In this document: in pieces, positions 13,566 to 26,930 of the stretch | Layout of the letters: each line of letters begins with the position of its first letter | Position numbering within the stretch: position 1 is the stretch's first letter | DNA from: Octopus vulgaris | Taxonomy: Eukaryota | DNA: 64,000 nt | Direction: 5' to 3' | NCBI GenBank assembly: GCA_951406725.2 | Contig: OX597816.1 | Span: 160,828,001-160,892,000 of the forward strand | The notes under the pieces: model-generated | What the model saw: the letters and a program-made list of their open reading frames with translations, nothing else | Told to the model about the DNA's origin: nothing | The model's database searches: none | Position numbers and translations under genes: made by a program

Positions 13566-14025
13566 AACAATTGTATTATACATCATAAAACCAGTAATGG
13601 TTATTAAAATAAAATTTGATCTCATCAGGCAGGGGGAAGTCATTAACTTGCAATATATAAAATAAGTTTACTTTTGTCTTTATAGATTTTTAAATCATTT
13701 TACTGTTAAATGCTTATACAATACATTTTAGAGTAAAATTTATAAATTCTCATCCGTATTAAGTTTATTTGGTCATGATACCTCACTTGCCTCTTAGGTG
13801 GGTGCTAGGCATAACAACCACTTAAAAGTGGGGTGCTACAAAAAGGAAGTTAAGAATCATAAGGATAAAATGAAATAGTAGAGAAGTAATGGTGTTGATC
13901 TAATCACCCATAGCCTCAGGCGAAATATGAAGCATTTCTCCTATGTTAGAAATCATTATGTACAAAAGAGATACAGTCTTTAAGGAACAATATTCCAAAT
14001 GAGAGTTGGGTATAATGTGACTTAC

Positions 14026-14195
14026 CAAAACATTGTGAGTAGAGTTCTCGACGTACTGGGCATATTCCAGTCTCTCTTGCTTGTCTTTGCTGGAGACGGC
14101 GATCAAGTTCTTCCTGTAGAGTTACAACATCTAACCTTGTGGCTGGAGTGCTGGACACTTGCTGGACCCATAGCTGACCATTTTCCGTCCATTCT
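14026..14195 (-). CDS. DNALI1: DNALI1 coding exon 3
   Basis: ttgttctag acceptor; (R)EWTENGQLWVQQVSSTPATRLDVVTLQEELDRRLQQRQARETGICPVRRELYSQCF, the signature p28 motif; GTAAGT donor; 170 nt. Confidence 0.97.
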
Positions 14196-16254
14196 CTAGA
14201 ACAATACAATGGATAGAAGTGTATTGTAGTTTGCTTGAAACATTGCAGAAAAACATAGCAAATCAATGCATTATGGGAGCCAATAGCAATGCAGATGCAA
14301 CATTAAATATTAAAAAAATATTAATAACAAAATGAGAAATATTTTATTAGATTTTATATTTTGAGCTAAAACTCTTTTTCAAAAACTTTGAAGCAGAGAT
14401 ATAAATTACATGTTCATTTCAAATCACGAGCATTTGACATGCCAACACAATGAACATGTAATGTATACCTCTCTTCCTCCTTCTTCCCCTTTTCTCTGTT
14501 GTTCTTTATAGCTTTTGAAAAGGACTTTTTACCTCAAAATATCAGGACCTCTTCACTCTCTCTAAGGTAACATTTCTATATTTTTGTTATCTCTATGTTC
14601 CATTTGCAGTGCTGTTGCCTTCCATGACACATTTTCTAAATAAAATTGATGCTCTGCTTCCTTAATATTTTACCACCTTACACCTATTTTTTTACAATCT
14701 CAGGTCATGGTGGCAATGGTAGTCTGGTGGTGGCGGTGGTAATGGTGGTAGGATTGATGGTGATGATGATACTGATGATGATGATGATGATGGATGACAT
14801 GATGATGGCTGCTACAATCATTATTTTTTTTTAACATATTTTAATTTTTTTTTTTTTTAAACAATGAACCTCCATCATCAAAGTTATTCTCATTTCAACC
14901 AAAACCAGTTCTGCCTGTGAAAGTGCGAATTCTACTCTGGGTTAAAGCCATTAAGTCACTCCCACCCTACCACCACCCTGCATCACCTCTCCTCTTTGCT
15001 TGTCATTAAATGTCCTAATAGCAGTTCCAGCGGGAAATGCAGCTTTTCACTACAGGCTGATCTTCAAAGGGTAGACTAATTTTACTATCAGTGTTATCCT
15101 CACTTTTGCTTACTGCTTATTATTATTATTATTATTATCATCATCATTGTTCTTGTTTTTGTTGTTGTTGAAATTGCTGCTATTGTTGTTGCTATTCAAC
15201 ATTACATGTCTTTGACAGTAGTTAAGTTTTCTCATGCATCTTACTAGCCCGACAGCATGATGGTGAGGTGTTAAGAACTGTGAAGAGGTAAGGAGAGAGA
15301 AAGAAAGAGAGAGAGAGATAAAGAGACAAGGAGAATAGTTGTTTAAATTATTTCTTTCTCTCTTTTTTCCTTCTTTCTTCCATTTTCTCTCCCCCATGCC
15401 CACTCCATTATATTATACTACTGGAGATTTTTTTTGTTTATTATACTCTTTTTTCCCTATTATTTTTTCTTATATACATTTTTAGGTCAAAAGTGAAAGA
15501 AACGATGTATATCATAGATAATGTTTATTTAGATAAGCTGGGTTATCGTGGAATATGCAAGTATTTTGAAGAGTATAAAACGATATTATTGTCCTAAATG
15601 TTTTTGCAGCCCTTGCGGTTAATAAAGAAAGAATATTAATAAAATTATTCTTTACATTGTATAATAATTTTTAAATATTGGCACAAGTCCAGCTATTTTG
15701 TTGGGAGGAAGTAAAACAATTAAATCAACCCCAACTGTCAACTGGTACTTATTTTATCGACCCCGGAAGAACGAAAGGTAAAGCTGACTTCTGCAGAGCT
15801 TGAACTCAGAATGTAACAATGGACGAAATGCCACTAAACATTTTGCTTCACCTGTCTTTGTCTTGTTTTCTGTAAATTGTGGTAAGTAGGCATAGGAGTG
15901 GCTGTGTGGTAAGTAGCTTACTTATGAACCACATGGTTCCGGGTTCAGTCCCACTGCGTGGCACCTAGGCCAAGTGTCTTCTACTATAGCCTCGGGCCAA
16001 CCAAAGCCTTGTGAGTGGATTTGGTAGACGGAAGTTGAAAGAAGCCCATCGTATATATGTATGTATATATAATAATAATATTAGGGAGTAAATCCAAACT
16101 TACAGGGAAAAATTAGATTTAGGCTTAAATCTAATTTTACAGTATAAATATAAATTAAATTAGAGATAAAACCACTATTAGGCAAATCAAACAGTGAAAA
16201 ACATAAACCAAAACATAGAAATAAAATTAATATGTATATTAATCTGTATGTATA

Positions 16255-16324
<70 letters not shown>

Positions 16325-16579
16325 CATGTGTGTGTATATGTTTGTGTGTCTGCGTTTGTCCCCCCACCCAACATCGCTTGGCAACCAATGCTGGTGTGTT
16401 TACATCCCTGTAACTTAGCAGTTCAGCAAAAGAGATCCAATAGAATAAGTACTAGGCTTACAAAGAATATGTCCTGGGGTCGATTTGCTCGACTAAAAGA
16501 CGGTGCTCCAGCATGGCCACAGTCAAATGACTGAAACAAGTAAAAGAGTAAAAGAGTATGTATATATATATATATATAC

Positions 16580-16931
16580 AACGACGAGGGTTCCAGTTGA
16601 TCCAGTCGATGGAAAAGCCTGCTCGTGAAATTAACATGTAAGTGGCTGAGGACTCCACAGACACGTGTACCCTAAACGTAGTTCTCGGGGAGATTCACCA
16701 TGACACAGAATATGACAAGGCTAGCCCTTTGAAATACAGGTACAACAGAAACAGGAAGAAAGAGTAGGAGAAAGTGGTGATGAAAGAGTGCAGCAGGGGT
16801 CGCCACCACCCTGTGCCAGAGTCTCGTGGAGCTTTAGGTGTTTTCGCTCAATAAACACTCACAACACCTAGTCTGAGAATCGAAACCATGATCCTATGAC
16901 TGCGAGTCTGTTACCCCAACCACTGAGCCAG
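16580..16931 (-). mobile_element. tRNA-derived SINE, family C
   Basis: TGGCTCAGTGGTT...GGTTTCGATTC head on the - strand; the body recurs at ~41000-41290 and ~60120-60300. Confidence 0.65.
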
Positions 16932-17119
16932 TATATACATATATATGCATATATATATATGTATATATATGTATGTATGTGAATGCATGTATATATGTAT
17001 ATATATATATATACACATACATGTATATATACATATATATATATATATACATACATACATATATATACATATATATGTATATATACATATATATACATAT
17101 ACATATATACATACATATA

Positions 17120-17162
<43 letters not shown>

Positions 17163-17288
17163 TCATATATATCATAAAGAGTAAGAAATGTGAAAGAAGC
17201 AGATTGCCAAAAAAAATTAATGAGTTGTCAACATTAATTATAAATTGCTGCCCACACAAAGCACCTTCTTCTCCTCATCAGCACTTAC

Positions 17289-17431
17289 CTTGGGGGTAGA
17301 ATCGAATTGAGAACTTCGTCTGTCTGCTGAGCTACCTTACTCTCAGCTATGGGCAATTTCTGTTTCGGGGGTGGACTTGGAACTGGTCCAGCAATAATTG
17401 GTGGTGATGTAGCTGCTCTCAGGTTACGTGC
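17289..17431 (-). CDS. DNALI1: DNALI1 coding exon 2
   Basis: tttccacag acceptor; [47 protein letters not shown](R); GTAAGT donor; 143 nt, phase 0 to 2. Confidence 0.93.
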
Positions 17432-17879
17432 CTGTGGAAACAAAAATCATGACCTTGTTTCAGACTCAGTCCAAATAGCCATCTAAGTGTATGTGCTGAG
17501 TGGCTGTGTGGTATGTAGCTTGCTTACCAATCACATGGTTTCAGGTTCAGCCTCACTGCATTGCACCATGGGTAAGTGTCTTCTACTATAGCCTCAGGCT
17601 GGCCAAAGCCTTGTGAGGGGATTTGGTAGGCCGAAACTTAAAGAAGGCCATCGTATATATGTATATATATGCGCGCGTGTGTGTGTGAGTGTGTGTGCGT
17701 GTGTATGTGTATGTTTGTGTGTCTGTGTTTGTCCCCCCAACATCGCTTAACAACTGATGCTGGTGTGTTTACATCCCCGTGACTTAGTGGTTCAGCAAAT
17801 GTAGATATTGTTTGGCATATGTAGTTTTGTAAAATATGTCCGTTTCTATTTTTAGGTTAATTTTTTAATATCTACTTTT

Positions 17880-18690
17880 TAATTCATGCCACCCAAGACA
17901 CACCAAAACAAACATCCTCTTCAACTTTGCAAGAAAGATATGCACAATAGTGTCAGAACAAAATACCAGAAACTTTAGACTGCAAGAACTCAAAAACACC
18001 CTAATTAACAGACACCACCCAGTTCAATTCATAGAGGATCGAATTAGACATAGAAACCTTAAGAAAAGTTCAACACAGCAACAAACCTTCCCCAAAAATA
18101 CTGCCATACATATCCACATACAACCCCGAAACAAAGAAGCCTTCACCATCATCACCCAAAATTTGCCAATGCTACATAAAGACCCCAAATTAAAGGAAAT
18201 TTTACACACACATAAAATCATTAAAAGCTACAAACAACCGAAATCACTAAAAAAGATCCTCACAAAGGCAAAATTATTTTCTAAAATAAAGGATGCAAAA
18301 GTGAAAAAATGTGGTAGACCAAATTGTGCTTCAGAAAACCTGATTTATGTCATAAGATGCTCAGGCTGTCACCAAAACTACATAGGGTCCACGGGATTAT
18401 CGTTCAGATGCAGATGCACTCTGCATCGACAAAAGATTGCATTCCCAGAATACAGAATGATACCCTTTAGTGAACACATTGAGAAATGCACAAAGCAACT
18501 GCTACCACAATTTGTAATCTTTCCATTTTATCAATATGCCATTGGAACACCAGCACAAGTTAGATTAAATAAGGAAACCTTCTTCATTGACAAATATAAG
18601 CCAAAACTTAACCATTTCTAACATTTTTAAATAAGGAAACCCACATCATTGATAAAAATATAAAGCAAAACCTAACCACTTGTAACATTC
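17880..18690 (+). mobile_element. Penelope-like element fragment (RT C-terminus plus GIY-YIG endonuclease)
   Basis: SCHPRHTKTNILFNFARKICTIVS... then CGRPNC...NLIYVIRCSGCHQNYIGSTG...KETFFIDKYKPKLN. The ORF end is tandemly duplicated at ~18629-18690. Confidence 0.85.
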
Positions 18691-19261
18691 TATTCCTTCT
18701 AAACCAAGTCATGTTAAATTTATGAAGCCTAGTCATTCCCAACATGTTTGATTATCTCCCTTATACCGGAAAAAAATCCCTGGTTACCTTCCCCTACCTG
18801 GAACTCCATATTTCACAAATAGTGAAAACATGACATGATATAGGTAAAGAAATTTGAAAAGAAAATATGAAACCAGTTATTTCTTCAAAAACTATGTTAC
18901 TATACGCAAAATTTTCTAACATTTTTCTAACATAATGACTTAAATATATTCTTTAGCCATATAACACAAACCTTCTGTAGTTTTTTCACTCTTTTTTGTC
19001 TTGTTTCAGTCAATAGGCTGAGGCCATGCTTGGGCACTAACTTGAAGAATTTTAGTTGAACAAAGCAACATCAGTACCTTTAAACCACATTTGCCAAACT
19101 AATAAGTTACAGAGACGTAAACACACCAGCACCACATATATATGTAATGTGCATGTGTGTGTGTGTGTGAGTCGTCTAAGAGACCATAAGTCGGTGAAAA
19201 GATACACTTGTATATCTGTCAGTAAAGTGGGTATATGATCCAAAAAGTATAGTATTAAATA

Positions 19262-19369
19262 TCCATTGCAGCTGGTCTTGCCAGTTGGTTTCGCATAAAG
19301 AATACAATGGAGTGCTAGGTAACAAACCGATTGTATAACTTTATGCTCATCAGAGTTAACTGATATGGA
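19262..19369 (-). ncRNA. Type I hammerhead ribozyme motif, extended form (U16.1C)
   Basis: UCCAU-AU-CAGUU-AA-CU CUGAUGA GCAUAAAG..AUACAAU[loop]AUUGUAU.CUUUAUGC GAAA CCA-AC-UGG CA AG-ACC-AGCUG-CA-AUGGA. All three stems pair by eye. Confidence 0.75.
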
Positions 19370-21720
19370 AGGGAATATGGCGACTGCTCTTTATTGTCAG
19401 AAGTGGATCAGCACATCCAGTCAGTGGCTGCTGTGAAAAAGGTGGTGGAACGAAGATTAGTTTAGGAGTTATGTCCTTTGGTTGGGTAAGCTGCAAAGCT
19501 GGCAAGAGTTATATTGAAGTGGGTAAAGAGTGTATTATTAATGTGGCACTCCTGTGGGGATGAGGTGTTTGGTATATGTAGTGGTGTCATATATATAATT
19601 TTTTTCAGTGGGGTGTTGGTGTATATAATTGTGTTCATTGGTCTGTTTTCTTTCACAATTTGAATTTCACACTATTCGAAGTATTGGGACCAAACACTCT
19701 GTTCCCTCCTGCAGACATCAACACACAGATGTTCAACTTGGTCATTAATCATATCCGTTTCATTCATCTGGGAGACCCTTCATCATTCACTGCAACTACT
19801 TCCCTGTTGTATAACTTATTTAAGAAATTTTTGTTTTGTAGAAATGCAAGAAATCAATATTTAGTAGTAAAGATATTCAATAAGAAGGAAAAAAAAACTA
19901 GAGATGACTGCTCTATAACATTTGAAATATTAGGTCTTTATCCCTTTATATTTTGCATTCAGACCCACCAGAGACAACACTGAATCTCATCTGTTTGCGA
20001 TCAATAAAATAGGTGCCAGGAATATATTTTCTTTCAATCAATTAAATCCCAAACCGCAAAGTTAAATTGGCTTTCTGCCTTGTTTAAATGCAGGTATTTC
20101 TGTATGGTTAAGAAGCTTGCTTTGCAACCATGAAGTTTTGAGTTCAGCCCCATTGCACACCACATTGGGCAAAAGTATTTTACTATAAACTCCAGCCTGA
20201 CTAATGCCTTGTCAGCGAATTTGGTTGATGGAAATTGTCAGGAAGTCAGTAGTATACATACACACATACATACATACAAACATACATACATACATACATA
20301 CATATGTACATACATACATGTGTGTGTATGTGCTTGTCCCCTCAACCACTTGAAAATCGGTGCTTGTTTGTTTATGTCCCCATAACTTAAGAGACTGATA
20401 GGATAGGTTTCAGACTTTGAAATCCAAATACTGGGGTTGATTTGTTTGATTGAACTCTTTAAGGTGCTACAGCATGGCCACAGTCCAGTATCTGAAACAA
20501 GTAAAAGTCAAAAGTAATAGGTGATAGCTTTTTATTGAGTCATTTATTTTCCCTCTCCATACAGGCGCAAGAGTGGCTGCGTGGTAAGTAGTAAATGGGT
20601 TCAGTCCCACTGCGTGGCACCTTGGGCAAATGTCTTTTGCTATTGCCTCATGCCAATTCACAAAACTCACAGACCTTGAGTCACTCTGTTACTTCTGCTA
20701 AATATTAATCATTATCATCATCATCATCATCATTTAACATAGGTTGTCAATGCTGGCATGGGTTGGATGGTTTGACCTGGGCTGGTAAGCTGGGAGGCTG
20801 CACCAGATCCCAGTCTGAATTGGAATGGTTTTCTACGGCTGGATGCCCTTCCTAACACCATTTTATCAAGATATCCTTGGCCTGAAGAGTAGCTTATATA
20901 TTTACGATGGCAAGCCAAGTGAGACCATAATCTGTGGCCTCCTTCATTGGACACTAAACTCTGTTTGCGAAGACCCGCTGAGGCAAGCGAAATCAAAATC
21001 AAATCAAATTCACAAATTTGATGACTGGCACCTGTGCCAGCAGAGCACTAAGAGCACCATCCGAGGGTGATCGCTGCCAGAGCAGCTGACTGGCTTCCAT
21101 GCCGGTGGCATGTAAACAGCGCCATTCAAACGTGATCGTTACCAGCGTCGCCTTACTGGCACTTGTGCTGGTGGCACGTGAAAATCCATTCAAGCGAGGT
21201 TGTTGCCAGTGCCGCTGGACTGGCTCCTGTGCAGGTAGCACATAAAAAACACCATTTGAGCATGGCCGTTGCCAGTACCGCCCAACTGGCCCTCGTGCCA
21301 GTGGAACCACTCTCGGAGTGGTTGGCGTTAGGAAGGGCATCCAGCTGTAGAAACTCTGCCAGATCAGATTGGAGCCTGGTGCAGCCATCTGGTTCACCAG
21401 TCCTAAGTCAAATCGTCCAATCCATGCCAGCATGGAAAGCTGATGTTAAACATGATGATGATGATGATGAAGGTTCCACTTGCTATGAAACAGATGTAGC
21501 CTGGATCTTATCTACTCCATTCCTTATACCTGGCAACCCTAGTCCCCTACCGTGAAATATAGAAAAAATTTTTTTCCAGTTTATTGTACTTCGATATGAA
21601 AAAAATCGACAACCTTCCATTTCAATAAACTACTATTGTCCCTGAAAGTTGCTTTTTTATATTTACTACTGATTGCTTGAAGCTAGCTTTCTTCTTACAC
21701 TTTGATCTTTGGATCTTATT

Positions 21721-21754
<34 letters not shown>

Positions 21755-21799
21755 CATCATCATCGTTTAACGTCCACCCTCCATATATAAATATATATA

Positions 21800-22770
21800 T
21801 ATATCCTTCTCTATACATCAGTCAAACGGGACGCCGCTTGGTTGACTGGTTTGCAGAAAACCTCCAAGATGTCAGACTCGGCAATGACACCCTGGTCTTG
21901 CACCATTTCCGCTCTACTGGTCACTTTTTACAACACCTGTCTGTGCTTGGATTGTTCTTGCACAGGGGCCTTCCAAACTCCTGTCTTTGCTATGAGCAGG
22001 GATTAATCTTCTCTCTTCGCTCCTTTGTGCCACATGGGCTCAACTCTTCTCCCCTCTTCATCTAACCCTCCTCCTCTTTCCTCTCACACCTACTTCCTCC
22101 CGCCCACCTCCCCTCTCTTGTTCTGGCACCTACTTCCTCTCTTCAATCCTACCCACCTTCTCCTTTCCACCCTCTCCCTTCATTGTCATTCCCCTCCCTC
22201 GCAATCCCACCGCTACACATTCCAACCCCACCATCCTATCCCTTAGACCCCACACTTGCTTCCTCCACACCCCAGCATCACCACACCATACACCACCAAA
22301 CCACACCACATCACACATCACCACCACACACTACCATACCACCCCACACACACTAGCACTGACCATTTCCCAGCACCCACACCAGCACACACACTAGCAC
22401 TGATCGCTTACCAGCACCATCATCCACACACCTACATATGCACACATGTACATATCAAGCTCACCAGCCCTCTTCCACACGTATATACATGCACACGCAC
22501 CTTTGCTTTGGGATCACCACTACTTTATTATCTGCTCTTCTTCCTAACTCTCCTGTGTAACCCCTCTGTCCGGCATTTGCCATGATAGATCACTAACCAC
22601 TAAACCTTTTTCTATTTTCTCTCCCTGTTTATTTCTGTGTTCCTTTCTGTCGAAGAGCATAGGCTCGAAACATAAAAGAGTTTCTCACTTCCCGAGCATT
22701 AAACTAATACATCTGTTTGTTGTTTACATATCCGTCTTCGTCTTTTTGTAAATTCTCACTATATATATAT
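21800..22770 (+). mobile_element. Penelope-like element 3' fragment (degenerate GIY-YIG plus pLTR with hammerhead motif)
   Basis: SLYISQTGRRLVDWFAENLQDV...HHFRSTGH...EQGLIFSLRSFVPHGLN, followed by a C/A-rich tract and a hammerhead-like motif. Confidence 0.75.
22643..22678 (+). ncRNA. Minimal hammerhead-like motif (A6U variant) downstream of a Penelope endonuclease remnant
   Basis: CUUU CUGUCGA A GAGC-AUAG-GCUC GAAA CA UA AAAG. Confidence 0.55.
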
Positions 22771-23213
22771 ATATATTGTCTAAGTTTGTATGTGTGTGTG
22801 TGTATGTGTGTGTACACCTAACTAGACAGATGAAAAGAAACTCTAAAGATAGAAACAAGTTGTCCACCAGATGTGAATATAATTGAAATAGAAAGTTAGA
22901 TGTACTTAGCAAGTGCTATTTTTCAAGATGACACCATAAGAAGCTGCAGGAATATAAAGGAACCAAAAATTCTTGGCTTTCTTGCTCAACGTGAGGAAAT
23001 TATTCTCCTTTAGTTAGCAGCTACTTAAGTTACAACCATGAGAGGTGTTAAGACAGGGTCAAGAACAAAGACATTTATTTATAGAATATGTTTCTATATT
23101 AAGAAACATAACATACTATATATATAAGTGAATGTTTGACAGTGAGCACGTGTGTGCAAACATAATACACACACATACACACTCACACAAACACACACAC
23201 AATGTTTCAATAA

Positions 23214-23254
<41 letters not shown>

Positions 23255-23300
23255 TATGTATGTACATATAAATATATATATATATACGCATGCATATGTA

Positions 23301-23332
<32 letters not shown>

Positions 23333-23845
23333 CTAGCAGTATCACCTGGCATTGCTTGGGTTTGTAAGGGAAATAACTATATAAGCATTTTTAGAGAGTT
23401 ACTTCCCTTATAGATGCCAATTCGGGCTTTCTTAGCCATTTCTGTTTTGGTGTCTTCAAGCCATGAAGTCGTTGTTCTAAAAGAACGCTGGTCTCCTTGA
23501 CAACGCATTACGACGTTGATTTCTTTACACTCCCTTCCCCACAGCTTCACGAGGGAGGGAAGAAAGGGGAGAAGCAAACAGGTGCAGCTGTGAGCGTGGA
23601 CGCCAACTCCGCCGCCATTGACACACGAAAGATTATGCATTAAAATGGAATAAAAAATGATGTTAAATTATTTTTAAAATCGTAGACTCATCGCAGACGC
23701 GCGCTAATACCCAGACGGGCTCGATATGAATCACGACTATAAGATACCCGAATTTGGTTAAACTGCACCGCAAAATGTGGGAGTAGTTAGGAATCTAAAT
23801 CGAAGGGGACAGACACTCACACAACTAGAGTTTTATATATATAGA
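23333..23845 (-). mobile_element. Non-autonomous Helitron
   Basis: On the - strand: A|TCTATATATATAAAA ... GC-rich subterminal hairpin ... CTAG|T; inserted at an AT dinucleotide with no TSD. Confidence 0.75.
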
Positions 23846-23851
23846 TATATG

Positions 23852-24008
<157 letters not shown>

Positions 24009-24909
24009 GTATATGTATGTACACGTGTGTACATATGTGTGTATATCTAAGTTTAGGTTTTAATCTTCGAGTTTGTTTTGTCACTCCATTAAGCCTGTTA
24101 CAGGTATTGGCTATCAGAAACAATTACAAAACAGAAATGGATATTTTTTCAGATGATATATCTGAAAATCTAATTGATGAAACAATTCTAAAACTATGTA
24201 ATAAAATTAATTGTTCACTTCATTCCCTTTGTTTATATACACACACATACAAACTCATACAAATATATATGTTGCTGGTGTTGATAATTGTGAAGGAAAA
24301 CAGATACAGAGAGATAGAGAAAGAGAAGGAAGAGCGGAAAGGGAAAGGAAGAATAGAGAATTCAGTGGAAAGACTGAGAGAAAGCATGTGCATGACAAAG
24401 AGAGAGAGATAGAGAGATAGAGAGATAGAGAGAGAGAGAGACTAAGCTATTCCAACTATTGGGAAATAGTCTCATAATTTGTGGAAATATACATACATTT
24501 ATCTATGTCTTTCTATCCATCTAATCTGTGTGTGTGTGTGTGTGTTATTTTTATCTTTTACTTGTTTTAGGCACAGCACAGTGGCCATCCTGGGGCATTG
24601 CCTTGAAGGGTTTCAGTCAAATAGATCTGCTCTCTACAATTTTTTGAAGTCTGGTACTTATTCCCTCAATCTCTTTTGCCAAACTATTGTTATAGGAATG
24701 TAAACAAACCAATACCAGTGATGAAGCAGTGAGATTAGGGGACAAACACATACAAACACTCACACACACACAATGATCTTCCACAGTTTATGCCCATGTA
24801 TGGACACATATGGAGAAACAATCATAGGTGTACAGAATGCATTTACAAAGCTCTTCCCTCGAGCTAGGTAACCATGTATCTCCTTTACACCTGGTTCTGT
24901 CCCCATTCC

Positions 24910-24950
<41 letters not shown>

Positions 24951-25723
24951 TCCCTCTCTCTCTCTCTCTCTCTGGCCAGGTAACCTTGTACCTTCTCTTT
25001 TGCAAGACACCAGTTTCTGTTCCTCTGTCTCACACTAACCTTTCATCATCTGACACAAGATCACCTCCTTCAATGCCCCGCCTCCCATCTCAAATTTACT
25101 TGTCTTGCAAGTTATTTGGTCACCTTGCCAGTGCTGGTGCCACATAAAAAGCATCAAGTCCACACTGTGAAGTGGTTGACGTTTGGAAAGGCATCCAGCT
25201 GTAAAATAGCATACCAAAACTGACCTCACCTGTGCTTGCGCCACGCAAAAAGCACTCAGTCCACTCTGCTGAGCGGTTGGTGTTAGGAAGGGCACCCAGT
25301 TATAAAAACCCTGCCAAAACAGACACAGAAGTCTAGTGCGGGATTCTGCCTGGCTGGCTCATGTCAAACTGTCCAACCCATGCTAGCATGGAAGGCAGAC
25401 ATTAAACAATGATGATGATGTTTCATAATATTACATTATACAATATCTTTACAGCTGTTTCAAAGCATCTTATGAATGGCAGATATTGTTACACATGTTA
25501 TGTATCTCCTATGTAATTAGGTGGAAATATTATAAGACAATATGACACAAAAGCATGCTACCCATACACACAAACCATGATACATAAGTATCTGCATGAA
25601 TCTATATACAGTACATTGTCTTCAGAAAAGTAGGTGGTTCATGTGTATTGATACTAAGGATCTGTATAGGCTTTTGTGTAATATTGGTTTCAGATTTTGG
25701 CTTTGATGATTATAAGCCTAACA

Positions 25724-26187
25724 GGATCTGTTCAGTTTGGTACACAGATATTTTAATAAATTTCTTTTAGCTAAACTGTTTGAAACTTCATATACTGGTG
25801 GAATGTCTCACGCAGAACACGATTTTCTTTGAATATTTTTGACAAAGACGTGAGAACAAAAAAAAAGCCTTGCAATATGCAGCACAGGCAGTAAACAAAA
25901 AATAAAATAGAACAGAGTAGTGACATTTAGTAGAGAGATGACCTGGAAGTTGTTCCTCTTTAATTACTATTGCAAACAGCAGTAGCTTTCTTCAACTGAA
26001 TACACATCGTTGATTGGTTGAAATTACCCAAATACAACAACTTTAACAAGAAAGAACTTCTCAAAATATCAAATTTTCAAAGTAAACCGTGTTCTGTGTG
26101 AGACATTCCACCAGTATACAAAGTTTCCAACTGTTTAGTTAAAAAAAAAAACAATTAAAAAATCTTTGTGCCAAACTGAACAGATCC
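25724..26187. mobile_element. MITE with GGATC..GATCC TIRs
   Basis: GGATCTGTTCAGTTTGG / CCAAACTGAACAGATCC; ACA on both flanks (possible 3-bp TSD). Confidence 0.8.
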
Positions 26188-26805
26188 ACAAAAATTTAAC
26201 CACTATACCACACTGCTGGGAGAGGATAAGAGATTATATCGACTCTTTTACTGTATTTGAATGTGTTATATTTAGTCTTGTGAGCAGTAGTGTAAATCAT
26301 ACCAAGTACTTGAGCAAAGCAAGCAACATTTATTTGTTTAGGTGTTAACTGTAGTCTGCTTGGATTAAGTGAGTCTGACATATTGATTAACACAGTAAAT
26401 TTCTTCAAGAAGCATTTCAATATCACTTTAACAGAAGAGAGTAGTTGATTCAAAAGCAACAGGGATAGTTGTAAATGTGTGGTTATTGTAGTTACATAAT
26501 TTATTTAGAATTATAAATAGGATTGGCCTAAGTGTTGTATCCTGGGGAATGCAGATCTGCAGATCTGGGGCTAGTTTCAAATACCACTTCATGTGTTGAG
26601 CTGAGAAGGGAGCCTCCTTGTTGTCGCTGGCTCTGCTAGAAATAGCTGCAAAATTTCCCTGAAATCACACTCATCTCCACTATTTTAGAAATGTGAAGGG
26701 CACATTAGATAATTTAGGTATAGATATCTCTTAGAAACAGCTAAACAGTGAGGAGGTAAACATATATTTTATAAAACAGTGTCAAATGTCAACGTGAATC
26801 TTATA

Positions 26806-26930
26806 GGAGGTCTGATCAATAAGTATCCGGACTGTTGCCATAGTAACGAAGCTAAAGCATGCAGAGTGAAGTCGCGAGGTACAGATTGACCTTGAACTCT
26901 GTTATGCATGTACACTAAGTTTTAACAATG
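26806..26930 (+). mobile_element. Mariner-like terminal fragment carrying an X-box
   Basis: TA|GGAGGTCTGATCAATAAGTATCCGGACT resembles mariner TIRs; followed by GTTGCCATAGTAAC. Confidence 0.45.

Noticed and set aside
17950-18621. 223-aa ORF as a nested host gene or domesticated nuclease
   Set aside because: It starts mid-RT without a true ATG and appears to have a deletion in the Cys-rich linker; a decayed Penelope fragment is the simpler explanation.
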